31,957 nucleotides of DNA from a virus (lineage: Duplodnaviria; Caudoviricetes). Under the pieces are notes generated by a model. The model was not told the DNA's origin. It saw only the letters and a list, made by a program, of their open reading frames with translations, and did not search any database. The stretch lies in IMG/VR virus record IMGVR_UViG_3300037424_000100, positions 1 through 31,957 of that record; one strand, 5' to 3'. The number at the start of each line of letters is the position of its first letter. The first letter of the stretch is position 1. The position numbers and the translations under genes are program-made. This document shows, piece after piece, positions 13,368-22,353 of this stretch.

Positions 13368-13832
13368 ATGAGTGTACTTGGTGTAGTCGGGTCAACTGAA
13401 TTGACAGATGACGAACGGCAGGTAGTTGTCGACTACGTGTCAGAATTATTAGACAACGACAATGAAATTTCTGAGATATTACATTTACATTCTACCGGAG
13501 TGGAAGAGACTGTAGTAAATATTGCCAGTGAACGAGGGTTACCTAACGAGTCCATAGCGATTTATAATCACACATGGAACGCCGGAAAAATTCAAGGTGT
13601 AGTTCCGGGTACCTTCAAAGACGCTAACATCAAACTAATCGTCCGCTGTGATCTGCTTCTAGTCATGACTACTGCTAGAGACAAGTCAGGTGGTCCGTTG
13701 TGGGCAGCGAAGAGAGCACGAAAGTTACAGAAGCCAGTAATACAAAAAACTTTTGTCGCACCCGTTACCAGACGTCAGATAGAAGTGATTGAAAATGAAG
13801 TATCTCCGTCTAGCGATGGAAGTGCTGAGTGA
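13368..13832 (+). CDS. SLOG-superfamily (YspA/DprA-like Rossmann fold) protein
   Basis: VLGVVGS, GVE..V..IA.ERG, FKDANIKLIVRCDLLL and SGGPLWAAKRARKLQKPV follow the SLOG pattern. Confidence 0.65.
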   Translation: MSVLGVVGSTELTDDERQVVVDYVSELLDNDNEISEILHLHSTGVEETVVNIASERGLPNESIAIYNHTWNAGKIQGVVPGTFKDANIKLIVRCDLLLVMTTARDKSGGPLWAAKRARKLQKPVIQKTFVAPVTRRQIEVIENEVSPSSDGSAE

Positions 13833-14652
13833 AGTCACGGTCTCGGGGGACGAGGCTACTGCTCTCTGCCCATTTCATTCGGACAACTCCCCTTCCTTCC
13901 GCTTCAACATGCGGAAGGGGCTTTTCTACTGCCACTCCTGCGGAGCTAAAGGGGATGCAGACGATCTCCTACAAGGACAACGAGCTATGTCTGCCGATCT
14001 ACAGTCGAACTTGGAACTCCTCGACACGCAGATTAAAGGGCTCAAAGCGACCGACGCCGAAGAAGCCGCTCAGATAACATATCTTCCCGAGTCGTCACTG
14101 CTCAGGTACAGGTTTCCGCACCCCTATTGGAAAAGCAGAGGGTTCGATGAAGATACCGTCGACTGGTGGGATCTTGGATACGATCCGATCTCACGTCGAG
14201 TCACAATTCCCATTAGAAACGAAGCTGGGAACCTTCTCGGTGTGTTATTCAGACGACTCGATAGCGGTAAACCGAAATACCTCTATCCGAAGGGATTCGC
14301 TAGAAATAGCAACCTATTCGGATCATGGAAGGTGTCTGCACAGCGAAGTGTGTGTATCGTCGAGGGCTCTCTGGATGCACTTCGCGTTTGGCAAGCAGGG
14401 TATCCAACTCTTGCTGTCTACGGGTCCACAATTTCCGAACACCAAGTCCGTCTCCTTCATAGACTTGGCGTCACTAAAGCAATCTGTTTCTTCGACAATG
14501 ACGATGCTGGGCGCAAGGCTGAACAAGACGCTAGGGGCAGGATTAAACGAATAGAACTAGAAATAGTCCCATGGCCTCGCAAGTACACGGGGCGCGACCC
14601 CGGTGGACTTACACTCTCCGCCATACATTCACTATTAGATAGGTATTTTTAA
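13795..14652 (+). CDS. dnaG: DNA primase (CHC2 zinc finger + TOPRIM)
   Basis: CPFHSDNSPSF..CHSCG, KPKYL, IVEGSLDAL, FDNDDAG, DPG. Confidence 0.95.
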   Translation: MKYLRLAMEVLSEVTVSGDEATALCPFHSDNSPSFRFNMRKGLFYCHSCGAKGDADDLLQGQRAMSADLQSNLELLDTQIKGLKATDAEEAAQITYLPESSLLRYRFPHPYWKSRGFDEDTVDWWDLGYDPISRRVTIPIRNEAGNLLGVLFRRLDSGKPKYLYPKGFARNSNLFGSWKVSAQRSVCIVEGSLDALRVWQAGYPTLAVYGSTISEHQVRLLHRLGVTKAICFFDNDDAGRKAEQDARGRIKRIELEIVPWPRKYTGRDPGGLTLSAIHSLLDRYF

Positions 14653-14927
14653 TGTTGGAAACTGTGCCGACGATGCCAGACGGACGCCCAGGGTTTGGCC
14701 CCGTACCTATACAGCCAGCGCCCATGGCTGTAGCAGTCGAGGGGCTACAGACAGCTCAGGGGCCAGCAATAGCGCTCTCTATGTATTTTGCCAACGGGCA
14801 AGTCACAGGATTATTCGAGCCGGAAGCACTTGACCAGATTGCCGATGACATCAAAGCAAAGGTCAAGAGTATGACTAGCGGTATCGTGCTGCCTACTCCA
14901 CAGCAAAGCAGTCTAATACTTCCGTGA
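14652..14927 (+). CDS. Hypothetical protein
   Basis: TAATG coupling to primase; C-terminal SGIVLP..SSLILP. Confidence 0.75.
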   Translation: MLETVPTMPDGRPGFGPVPIQPAPMAVAVEGLQTAQGPAIALSMYFANGQVTGLFEPEALDQIADDIKAKVKSMTSGIVLPTPQQSSLILP

Positions 14928-14935
14928 CCAGACAC

Positions 14936-14974
14936 AAATAAGCCCTGAATCGATTTAGGATTCAGGGCTTATTT
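14936..14974. terminator. Bidirectional intrinsic terminator between convergent operons
   Basis: AAATAAGCCCTGAATC/GATTCAGGGCTTATTT inverted repeat with A/T tails on both sides. Confidence 0.88.
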
Positions 14975-14978
14975 ATAT

Positions 14979-15263
14979 TTACTTGTGGTCAAGAGATTTT
15001 GGCAGCAATGCAGCAGTATCGCTCTTCCCGACAAAGCTAGCTACCGTACTCTTGAGCAAAGACAGTACCGCAGCGGCTCCCCCGACTGCGGCGGACTGAT
15101 AAATACCGATGTCGGCCACGTTAGCCACGTCGAACGCACCACCGACGACAAGTAGTCCGAGGAACGCCTGAAGGAATGTCCAGAACACTCGTTCACCGAC
15201 ATCTAAAAGATAAGTAGTAGCCTTTGACGGTGTTAGCTCACTAAGACGAGACATGTTACTCAC
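14979..15263 (-). CDS. Holin (r1t-like)
   Basis: ERVFWTFLQAFLGLL...AAAVLSLLKS; two TM segments; last gene of the late operon. Confidence 0.8.
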   Translation of the reverse strand: MSNMSRLSELTPSKATTYLLDVGERVFWTFLQAFLGLLVVGGAFDVANVADIGIYQSAAVGGAAAVLSLLKSTVASFVGKSDTAALLPKSLDHK

Positions 15264-15688
15264 TCCTTTATGAAATCATCTGGGCAGTCAAGAGCTGCTC
15301 TGGTGTTTGGCGAGATTTCATTGATGAATTGTTTGTGCACATCGTTCTTCGGGCCGCCACCAAGCTGCAATAATTTGTTCCATACCAGATCCATGTTACA
15401 AATATTAGTTCGTAGATTTACCTGTAATGTTTCTATTTGGTTTGTGCGGTTGTCCCCAGCGTCTTGTAAATTAGCTAGACGTACAGCACTAGTAGCTAAC
15501 CATACGGTAAGAAATATGTCAAGAATCACAGAGCACAAGGTAATTATAATGAACAGTGTCTTGCGCTTAAGTATTTTGTTACCAGCAGTAATAGTGTTGT
15601 CCAGCCTTACTGCTGCTTTTCTGTTCTTGTCGACGGCGGTGTTAAGTTCTTCTATCAGATGGGGTAGGTCCGGTGCTGCCATTTTCAA
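15260..15688 (-). CDS. Membrane protein of the lysis region
   Basis: One TM helix, followed by an extracytoplasmic domain with two Cys. Confidence 0.7.
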   Translation of the reverse strand: MKMAAPDLPHLIEELNTAVDKNRKAAVRLDNTITAGNKILKRKTLFIIITLCSVILDIFLTVWLATSAVRLANLQDAGDNRTNQIETLQVNLRTNICNMDLVWNKLLQLGGGPKNDVHKQFINEISPNTRAALDCPDDFIKE

Positions 15689-15839
15689 CCCCCATCTGTC
15701 TCTTGATTATTTCTATCAACATATCTATCTGGCTAATGTTTCCTGTCATCTCTTCACGAAGCTTAGTGACAAGGTCTAAAGCCTTTGTACTGTATTCCAT
15801 AGCGTCCGCCAGATTCTCTTTACCAGGATCATGGCTCAT
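15642..15839 (-). CDS. Small coiled-coil protein
   Basis: Start chosen at ATG 15839 after GAGG, overlapping the end of the upstream gene. Confidence 0.55.
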   Translation of the reverse strand: MSHDPGKENLADAMEYSTKALDLVTKLREEMTGNISQIDMLIEIIKRQMGVENGSTGPTPSDRRT

Positions 15840-16200
15840 GATTTCCTCTGCTAGCTCTAATAGCAATCTCCTGTAGTAAATCTTGGGTTGCTTTGAGACT
15901 GTCGTTAGCACGGACAATAGTTGGCACCATTTCTCTGTATGCTCGTTCGCCTAATTCACGCATCTGTTCACGTGCGTCGTCTTCATCTCTATTCGCTTTG
16001 TCTAGACGTTCACGCAGTATAGTAATTTCACGTTGATACCCTTCTTTTAAATCTATTACACGTTTACTGCACTCTTCCTCTTGGCGAGTAAGTAACCAAC
16101 CAGGTACTACCTTACGCATCATTACAAGGATAAGCAAGACTCCAAATACAGGTACACCTAGCACTAAGTTAAGTATCTCAGTCCAGTTGCGTTCCATCAC
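15829..16200 (-). CDS. Membrane protein with coiled coil (lysis accessory)
   Basis: N-terminal TM, KVVPGW motif, long coiled coil. Confidence 0.75.
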   Translation of the reverse strand: MMERNWTEILNLVLGVPVFGVLLILVMMRKVVPGWLLTRQEEECSKRVIDLKEGYQREITILRERLDKANRDEDDAREQMRELGERAYREMVPTIVRANDSLKATQDLLQEIAIRASRGNHEP

Positions 16201-16204
16201 ACAC

Positions 16205-17254
16205 CTATGTTTGAAAGTATTCTACACCGTGAAACGATATCCAGTCAGTAGCTGTCACGGTAGCGGCACCACCTGTGTGACTATGATTCATGTCGTGGAT
16301 GTGCCCGTTGACAGCGTGACTATGATTCATGTCGTGGACGTGAGCACCACAATAATGAGAGTGTAACGGGCCAAAATGTGTATGATGAATTGCGTGATTG
16401 TGATCACCAGTGACAGAGGAAAATGTGTTATCAGCATTGTCACTGGTATTATTAGTCCCTTCATTACTGCCCTTGACAGTATTAGAACCAAAGGTGCCGG
16501 TGTTCTGAATAAGTGTAGGCGTACTACTACCGACATTGCCGGTGTTCTGAATAAGTGTGTCAGGGCTACCCATTGCTATATTAAAAGTATTGCCGGACAG
16601 GAGCACAGCACCGTTAGTCTCAAATTGTATCTGTATAGCTACTGAGCCACCACCATGGCCTCTTGCTCCTAGTACAGTTGCTCTGCTAGGTGGTCTAAAA
16701 TCAGCAGGTAACGCAGATATAACTGTCTCGTTAGCACTACGCAGCACACCACCCCGGAACTGAACTTTCCAAGAACCGTTGTCCCATACCCGACGATACG
16801 TCAAGGCGCCCAAACTGCCACTGTCGTGAGTAAAACCGGAAGCAAGAGTAGCCTGCACCCACCCGACGTCTGTACTAATACCTATAGCTACACGACCTAG
16901 CACCATTATATCGGCGCCTTGCTTCATAACCAGCACACTGTCACCGACAAGCGGAGAGTAGCTGTCTAAGAATCGTACTCCCGGGATAACGACAGTGTCG
17001 TCCCCCGACATAGTTAAATCTACAGTAGGTGTCCCGACAAAGAACGGATTGACAGCAGTAATAATTCCTTTACGCATAGTTGTCGGGTCAAAACCTAGCT
17101 GGCTTTGCTTTACCAGTTCCTGGACAAGAGTACGTAACTCGCTGTCTTCACCGCCCTCTGTAGGTTCTACAGGGGATGCCGGCGTTGCTTCAGCAGGAGT
17201 AGCAGGGTCCGGTAGAGAAGGTTCTGGTACTACCGGTTCGACAGGGGTAGTCAT
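16205..17254 (-). CDS. Tail fibre/spike with His-x-His needle region
   Basis: OB-fold-like LDSYSPLVGDSVLV; VQFRGG..LPADFRP..WISFHGVEY receptor-binding-type domain; multiple HxH motifs. Confidence 0.8.
   Translation of the reverse strand: MTTPVEPVVPEPSLPDPATPAEATPASPVEPTEGGEDSELRTLVQELVKQSQLGFDPTTMRKGIITAVNPFFVGTPTVDLTMSGDDTVVIPGVRFLDSYSPLVGDSVLVMKQGADIMVLGRVAIGISTDVGWVQATLASGFTHDSGSLGALTYRRVWDNGSWKVQFRGGVLRSANETVISALPADFRPPSRATVLGARGHGGGSVAIQIQFETNGAVLLSGNTFNIAMGSPDTLIQNTGNVGSSTPTLIQNTGTFGSNTVKGSNEGTNNTSDNADNTFSSVTGDHNHAIHHTHFGPLHSHYCGAHVHDMNHSHAVNGHIHDMNHSHTGGAATVTATDWISFHGVEYFQT
16277..16338. repeat. 23-bp direct repeat x2 (encodes HDMNHSH)
   Basis: GTGACTATGATTCATGTCGTGGA at 16277 and 16316. 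Confidence 0.9.
16495..16558. repeat. 22-bp direct repeat x2 (encodes TLIQNTG)
   Basis: TGCCGGTGTTCTGAATAAGTGT at 16495 and 16537. Confidence 0.9.
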
Positions 17255-18375
17255 TATCTCACTCGCTTCTGGCGTAATATCATGCTCTGGGAACCAGAAC
17301 TACTCAAAGGTATATTAAAAGCATCCAGTGTATAGACACCGTCGACATGAGACAGCGCCCGTACCACTTCCACCACGTGCCCCGCTTCGTAAGCAGGATT
17401 AACGGAAGCGTCGATATCGAGCTGTGACGAGAACCCTAATAGATTGTTCAATAGTCCTAGTGCGGCAGCATTAGCGTCAGCTTCCGTCTTGACGATTTTA
17501 TCTTGGACGAATAAAGGTACCTCACCGTACGGACCTTTTCTATAAGTAGCTGACGACGGTTCTTCGTCCCACGCCTCACCCCGTACGGCCGGATTCTCGT
17601 CGCCAGAAGATTCACCCACCACTATGACACCGTTGTACCCCGGCTCGTCTGAATACACCTGAGACAGGCTTGTCATCGTGTTGCCGTGACCTTCTATGTA
17701 CGTGAAATCAGCACTAGGCATAGAGTCCATGTCAACGGGTGTAGCTAGTGTCAACCACCCGTCAACATTAAAATAAATTTCACAACCTATGGACTGTGCT
17801 AACTCCATGCACGCTTCCCACGGGTCGTCGTTAGCATCATAAAAACGTGGGGCAGTAGTAGTTAGCGTGGTGGTAAGTATGTCGTATTCTATGTCAGGGT
17901 AAGTTCTCTCTACAATATTCTGGATAGCAGTTACTACATTAGTACCACCAGGTATCAAGTACGGAACAGTAAACTTGTCCCGGGACATTTTGCGAGATCT
18001 GTCGAATCCCTCGACACCAAGTATTATAGAACCACCTGACGTATCAGAGATAGAGACTTTAGAAATACGAAACACACCTAACGGGTATACTTCTATTTCT
18101 CCGTCAGAATGTATGACTCCACGGTACGGTCTGATTTCAGTACCGTACGGTGTTAGTAAACTGTCCAACCCACTAGGAGTCAGAGTACCTAGCGGGTCAA
18201 TACACTGGATAGTGACAGATCTTCTCACCGACGCTGTTCTGTCTACCTTTACGTTTCCACCAGTTACCGGGAGTCGCACAGTTTCACCGGAAGGACTGGT
18301 AGCCATGACGTAAGAATGTACGTCGTGCGAACTCTTGATAGCTTTTATAAAACGATCGGAAGCGGGGGCTACCAT
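17254..18375 (-). CDS. Minor tail protein (baseplate hub/Tal-like)
   Basis: Position after the Dit-like gene; GGNVKVDRTASVRRS, PLGVFRI, YNGVIVVGE and GPYGEVP motifs. Confidence 0.85.
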   Translation of the reverse strand: MVAPASDRFIKAIKSSHDVHSYVMATSPSGETVRLPVTGGNVKVDRTASVRRSVTIQCIDPLGTLTPSGLDSLLTPYGTEIRPYRGVIHSDGEIEVYPLGVFRISKVSISDTSGGSIILGVEGFDRSRKMSRDKFTVPYLIPGGTNVVTAIQNIVERTYPDIEYDILTTTLTTTAPRFYDANDDPWEACMELAQSIGCEIYFNVDGWLTLATPVDMDSMPSADFTYIEGHGNTMTSLSQVYSDEPGYNGVIVVGESSGDENPAVRGEAWDEEPSSATYRKGPYGEVPLFVQDKIVKTEADANAAALGLLNNLLGFSSQLDIDASVNPAYEAGHVVEVVRALSHVDGVYTLDAFNIPLSSSGSQSMILRQKRVR

Positions 18376-21300
18376 CTATTCCTCCGGTGCCACTTGAACA
18401 AACGAGAGTCCGACTTCTCTCAAGGGATTAGTAGTGTGGTCAGCCGTCACCATCGTCAACGACTTGATACTACCGACCGGTCGCACCCACCATGCGTTGT
18501 CCATGTTGGATTGAAGAAAAAGAGTGCGTTTGTTTTTTAGCATCTTCACAAGTTTTGCGTAGTCGACCCGTCGTATGAACACAGAGATGTCGACTACGTC
18601 ACCCTTGTATCCTTCTGTAATCACTATAGGATAGTCTTCTCCCAACGGTTGGGAAACAGTACTCTCATTAATTGTGTCGACACCCAGCGGGGTCGCCTTT
18701 ACAAACAGCTGCATGTTAAGAGTCAAATCGCTGAGATCTTTGAGCCACCAGTACACAGCATTTACTACCACTTCATTGCTCTCTGGCCCGTAGCCAGAAG
18801 CAAAAGTGTCACCTGCTAAACCGAACGACTTGGTCTGTACCCTGTACTTACGTGACACCAACGGGGTTACAGTATGGTCGATATACGTAACGCTGCCGTC
18901 GGCAGGATCGTACACAGGCCGGTAAGCTTTTTGCCCTGGCAGTGCTGCCCAATCGGTGTAACCAGCTCCTGCATTGTCGGCAAACTGTATTTCAGGCACA
19001 CTCCAAACAGAATGAGCAGCTCGACCAGTACCGTCACGCCAAACAGGTGAACTGCCTAACAGTACTCCTGTCCTGACGAACTCGACGTAGTCTCCCACGT
19101 CTCTGTCAGAAGAAACCAAAGACGGAAGTATACGTGTAGTGTTTTCCGGTATGTCAAACGTAGCAGATGATTTGACATAGGTGCTAGTACCGAACGGTGT
19201 ACCTTCTTCGATCCTGTAAAGAATCAGCTGATTCGCATTATAGAATGTTACGGCAAGGTACGGTGTGCCACCAGAGCTACCTTTGAATGACGAGACAATT
19301 GTTATTTTATTGTCTGCCAGTTCCAACACCTCTGGGTCCATGGCAGATATGTCAATGGCTGAAGTAGGTCTGGTGACAACCGTACCCGTAGTTTCATTAG
19401 CAGGTCTGATAATACCTATCCATGTCGCTGCTGAATTCACACTAGTTCCACTGCCTGGTGTTATCTGCCCAGTTACAGAACTATTAGTGACAGCAACCGG
19501 ACCGTTAGAGTCGTAGACAGCGGTGTGCAACCACGGAGTGGAAGAACCTGTTACTCCGTCTGTACGTTCTGTTTCGTTGGCAGGTGCGGCAGGCGGAGTA
19601 GGAAGAGGTTTAATTATACCTATCCAGCCTACTGACGCATAGAAGTTACTTGACAGTGTCCCCGTACGTGAATGGCTACCTGTGGACACAGTTCCATTGG
19701 AGTCGTACATGCCGAGAGACGTAGTCACAGCAGAATATCCGTAAGTAATAGGTACGGAATAATCTATCCGCTCTTTTACCTCTGTCGACGACATTACTTC
19801 AAAATAAGCTGTTGTGCTGTACGTACCGAACACACTGATACGCCACGCTCGTGAGTCCGTGTTAGTCACAGTCGGGGTAGTAAGACTACTACCACTGATA
19901 TCAGTAGCAGAATTCTCTGCAATAAACTGGTTAGTCCACAACTCCGCGTTTCTGTAGGCGACAACACCAGTCGTCTTACGTGACGACGTCGAACTCATCG
20001 AACCCGTCCACGAGGAAGGTTCAACCAGCGCCGTCTTTTTTAAGATTGCAACGGTGACACTGTTGCCTCCGTTAGTTGCTACAGTCTTGCGTACTAGTAC
20101 CCAGTTCGCAGGGGGAGTCACAGTGGAAATGTTACCGCTGACTACTAAAGTAGCGATAAGCAGATCTCCGTCTATCAAACCTGGTGGACGGTACAAGGTG
20201 TACGACGTAGAGCTTGTTTTGTCTGTGGCACCTTGCGCCCCGACGTACTGAATAGACGACGCTTGTGACGACGGTGGCTCTTGGTTGGCAATCATCGTAG
20301 TGCCTGTTGCGTCATCGCTAGACGCAAACGCAGAAACACGCCAAGCGTTGGCGTCCGTGTTGTTGACAGTGGCAGTCGTCTGGTTGAGAGCACCTGTCGA
20401 GTCGGTCGTAATACCTTCAGCTAAAGGCTGGTCTACTACATTGGACGCTCCGCTGTAGGAGACCACCACAGCTCGCCGTCGTGCTGACGACGTGTTGAGC
20501 GTGCCAGACCACGACGCAGGGTCGGCAGTAAGAGCTGAGCGTTTCAGTACCCACAGGGCCACGTCAGTGGTGGTGTCGTCGACTGCTGCGGTGCTAATCG
20601 TAGTCCAACCGGTCGGAACATTTATAGTTCCGTATTCGCTGGACGTGACGAACGCCAGCATAAGATCACCGTCAAGTGTTCCTGCCGGTTTGTTTAATAC
20701 GAAGTCTGCACCGGCAGTAGGTGAGGTAAAAACAGTGCCGGTAGCACGGAACCCCAACGACGGCGCAACACCAGCGTAAGTCATTCTATAGTTCTTCGGT
20801 CCGCCGAACCCGGTACCGGCGGCCGTAACTTGCTGCACTATTGTCCCTGCCTTGCCAGAAATCCATGCAAGGCTAGACGACACAGGATCGTCGCCGTTAG
20901 AGAGATGGTCTGTCAAAATGTTTCTACTTGTATGGCCGCCGTTGCTCCACCGTGAGTCAGTGCCAAACATCGCACCTGTGTGGTCTATGTAATGGACTTC
21001 ATTAGCAGCAGCAGTGCTCGTGATTACAGGTACTACTTCTATGTACCTGGTACCGACAGGACTTGTACCTGTAGCCGTGGCCTCGTTCCATGTACCTGTT
21101 GCGGTAGTAACGTCTGCACTGATCTCACTAATATCAGCGAAGTTCTCGTCTTTGAATCTTGCTTTAATCTGTGCAGTCCTTGACGACACCGCAGAAATAA
21201 ACTGTCCACGAACTGTGATTGGTACGGATGCAGGACACTCCAAGAAACTGGTTTTAGCTTCCATGGTGCCAGAGGCAGACGAAGTCATTTTTAATGAAAC

Positions 21301-22353
21301 TAAACCGCCGCCGGGGTACTTAACGGTCGTGTCTCTCACAATAGCGCAGTTGACAGTCTTGTAACCTAATGAGTCTGTTACCTCTTCCACGTCTGCCTGG
21401 TTGACAGAGAGAAGATTAGAAGAGTCCCGCATGACAATAGACACAGCAGACAGGCTATTATTTGGTGTCACTGTCGCTGCACCGACACCGGGAGTGCCTG
21501 CGATGCCGGCGTTGTCGTCGCCAGGGGGTGACGGTGCCGGTCCCTCGACACTGAACTGCCGGCCTACCCAAAGACTTATAGCATTGAAGCTAGACCACAC
21601 ACGCACGTAAGTGTAATAGCTGTCAGGGTTTATGGACACAGGAAGAATAAGAGACTCAGTGGCACCGGCAACCATAGCCGAGTACACAGGAGGCGATGTG
21701 GCCGGATTAAAATTACTTTTTGCTACCTCGGTAGCCGTAAATATCTTTACTTCAGATTTCAGATGTGTGTCACCGTCAACTTGAGTATACGTCCATCCCA
21801 AAGTGGGAGAGGCTGTAGTGACCACACCGGACGGAGCGTCGACAGTTACAGTAGGCCGTAGCCGGTAGTTGATAACACAATAGAATTTATAGATTCGTAA
21901 GCAATCAAATATTGCGTGCAAACTGATCGCTCGGCAGATGATTTGATTTATTCTGTGATGGTCCCACGGTAAACCTAGAGGGTCGTGAGTGTACGTCCCT
22001 ACTTCAAAGTTGGTTATTATAGTAGTTGGGTAAATAGTTCTACTGGTGTAGCGTGAGCGCCCGTCCCTAGCTGTGCACTGGATACTGAGCGGACGAATAG
22101 TCACACCTATACGGGCACACCGTACGTAGATAGTAACCGATGTGATAACAGCACCCTCTGGTACGGATGTGATGTCTATCGGGAAAGAGCACTCGGCAGG
22201 TCCTTTGCTAGCAGGCGCTTTACAATATTTATTGTCGTCGTCGTTGTCCCAGCAATTCCACAGGTTCGACGCACCGATTTTTGACCAACCTTCGTTACGC
22301 CAGTCACCGTTAGGAAGGTGATTATAACCGTGGCCACCCCATCCTGATCCCAT
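18376..22353 (-). CDS. Large minor tail protein with carbohydrate-binding-like domains and Dit-like C-terminus
   Basis: 1325 aa, beta/Thr-rich, directly after the tape measure; internal duplicated domains. Confidence 0.85.
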   Translation of the reverse strand: MGSGWGGHGYNHLPNGDWRNEGWSKIGASNLWNCWDNDDDNKYCKAPASKGPAECSFPIDITSVPEGAVITSVTIYVRCARIGVTIRPLSIQCTARDGRSRYTSRTIYPTTIITNFEVGTYTHDPLGLPWDHHRINQIICRAISLHAIFDCLRIYKFYCVINYRLRPTVTVDAPSGVVTTASPTLGWTYTQVDGDTHLKSEVKIFTATEVAKSNFNPATSPPVYSAMVAGATESLILPVSINPDSYYTYVRVWSSFNAISLWVGRQFSVEGPAPSPPGDDNAGIAGTPGVGAATVTPNNSLSAVSIVMRDSSNLLSVNQADVEEVTDSLGYKTVNCAIVRDTTVKYPGGGLVSLKMTSSASGTMEAKTSFLECPASVPITVRGQFISAVSSRTAQIKARFKDENFADISEISADVTTATGTWNEATATGTSPVGTRYIEVVPVITSTAAANEVHYIDHTGAMFGTDSRWSNGGHTSRNILTDHLSNGDDPVSSSLAWISGKAGTIVQQVTAAGTGFGGPKNYRMTYAGVAPSLGFRATGTVFTSPTAGADFVLNKPAGTLDGDLMLAFVTSSEYGTINVPTGWTTISTAAVDDTTTDVALWVLKRSALTADPASWSGTLNTSSARRRAVVVSYSGASNVVDQPLAEGITTDSTGALNQTTATVNNTDANAWRVSAFASSDDATGTTMIANQEPPSSQASSIQYVGAQGATDKTSSTSYTLYRPPGLIDGDLLIATLVVSGNISTVTPPANWVLVRKTVATNGGNSVTVAILKKTALVEPSSWTGSMSSTSSRKTTGVVAYRNAELWTNQFIAENSATDISGSSLTTPTVTNTDSRAWRISVFGTYSTTAYFEVMSSTEVKERIDYSVPITYGYSAVTTSLGMYDSNGTVSTGSHSRTGTLSSNFYASVGWIGIIKPLPTPPAAPANETERTDGVTGSSTPWLHTAVYDSNGPVAVTNSSVTGQITPGSGTSVNSAATWIGIIRPANETTGTVVTRPTSAIDISAMDPEVLELADNKITIVSSFKGSSGGTPYLAVTFYNANQLILYRIEEGTPFGTSTYVKSSATFDIPENTTRILPSLVSSDRDVGDYVEFVRTGVLLGSSPVWRDGTGRAAHSVWSVPEIQFADNAGAGYTDWAALPGQKAYRPVYDPADGSVTYIDHTVTPLVSRKYRVQTKSFGLAGDTFASGYGPESNEVVVNAVYWWLKDLSDLTLNMQLFVKATPLGVDTINESTVSQPLGEDYPIVITEGYKGDVVDISVFIRRVDYAKLVKMLKNKRTLFLQSNMDNAWWVRPVGSIKSLTMVTADHTTNPLREVGLSFVQVAPEE

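Noticed and set aside
16277-16558. CRISPR-like or DGR repeats
   Set aside because: Only two copies each, in-frame within a coding region and identical (no adenine-specific variation); no reverse transcriptase or cas gene in the window.
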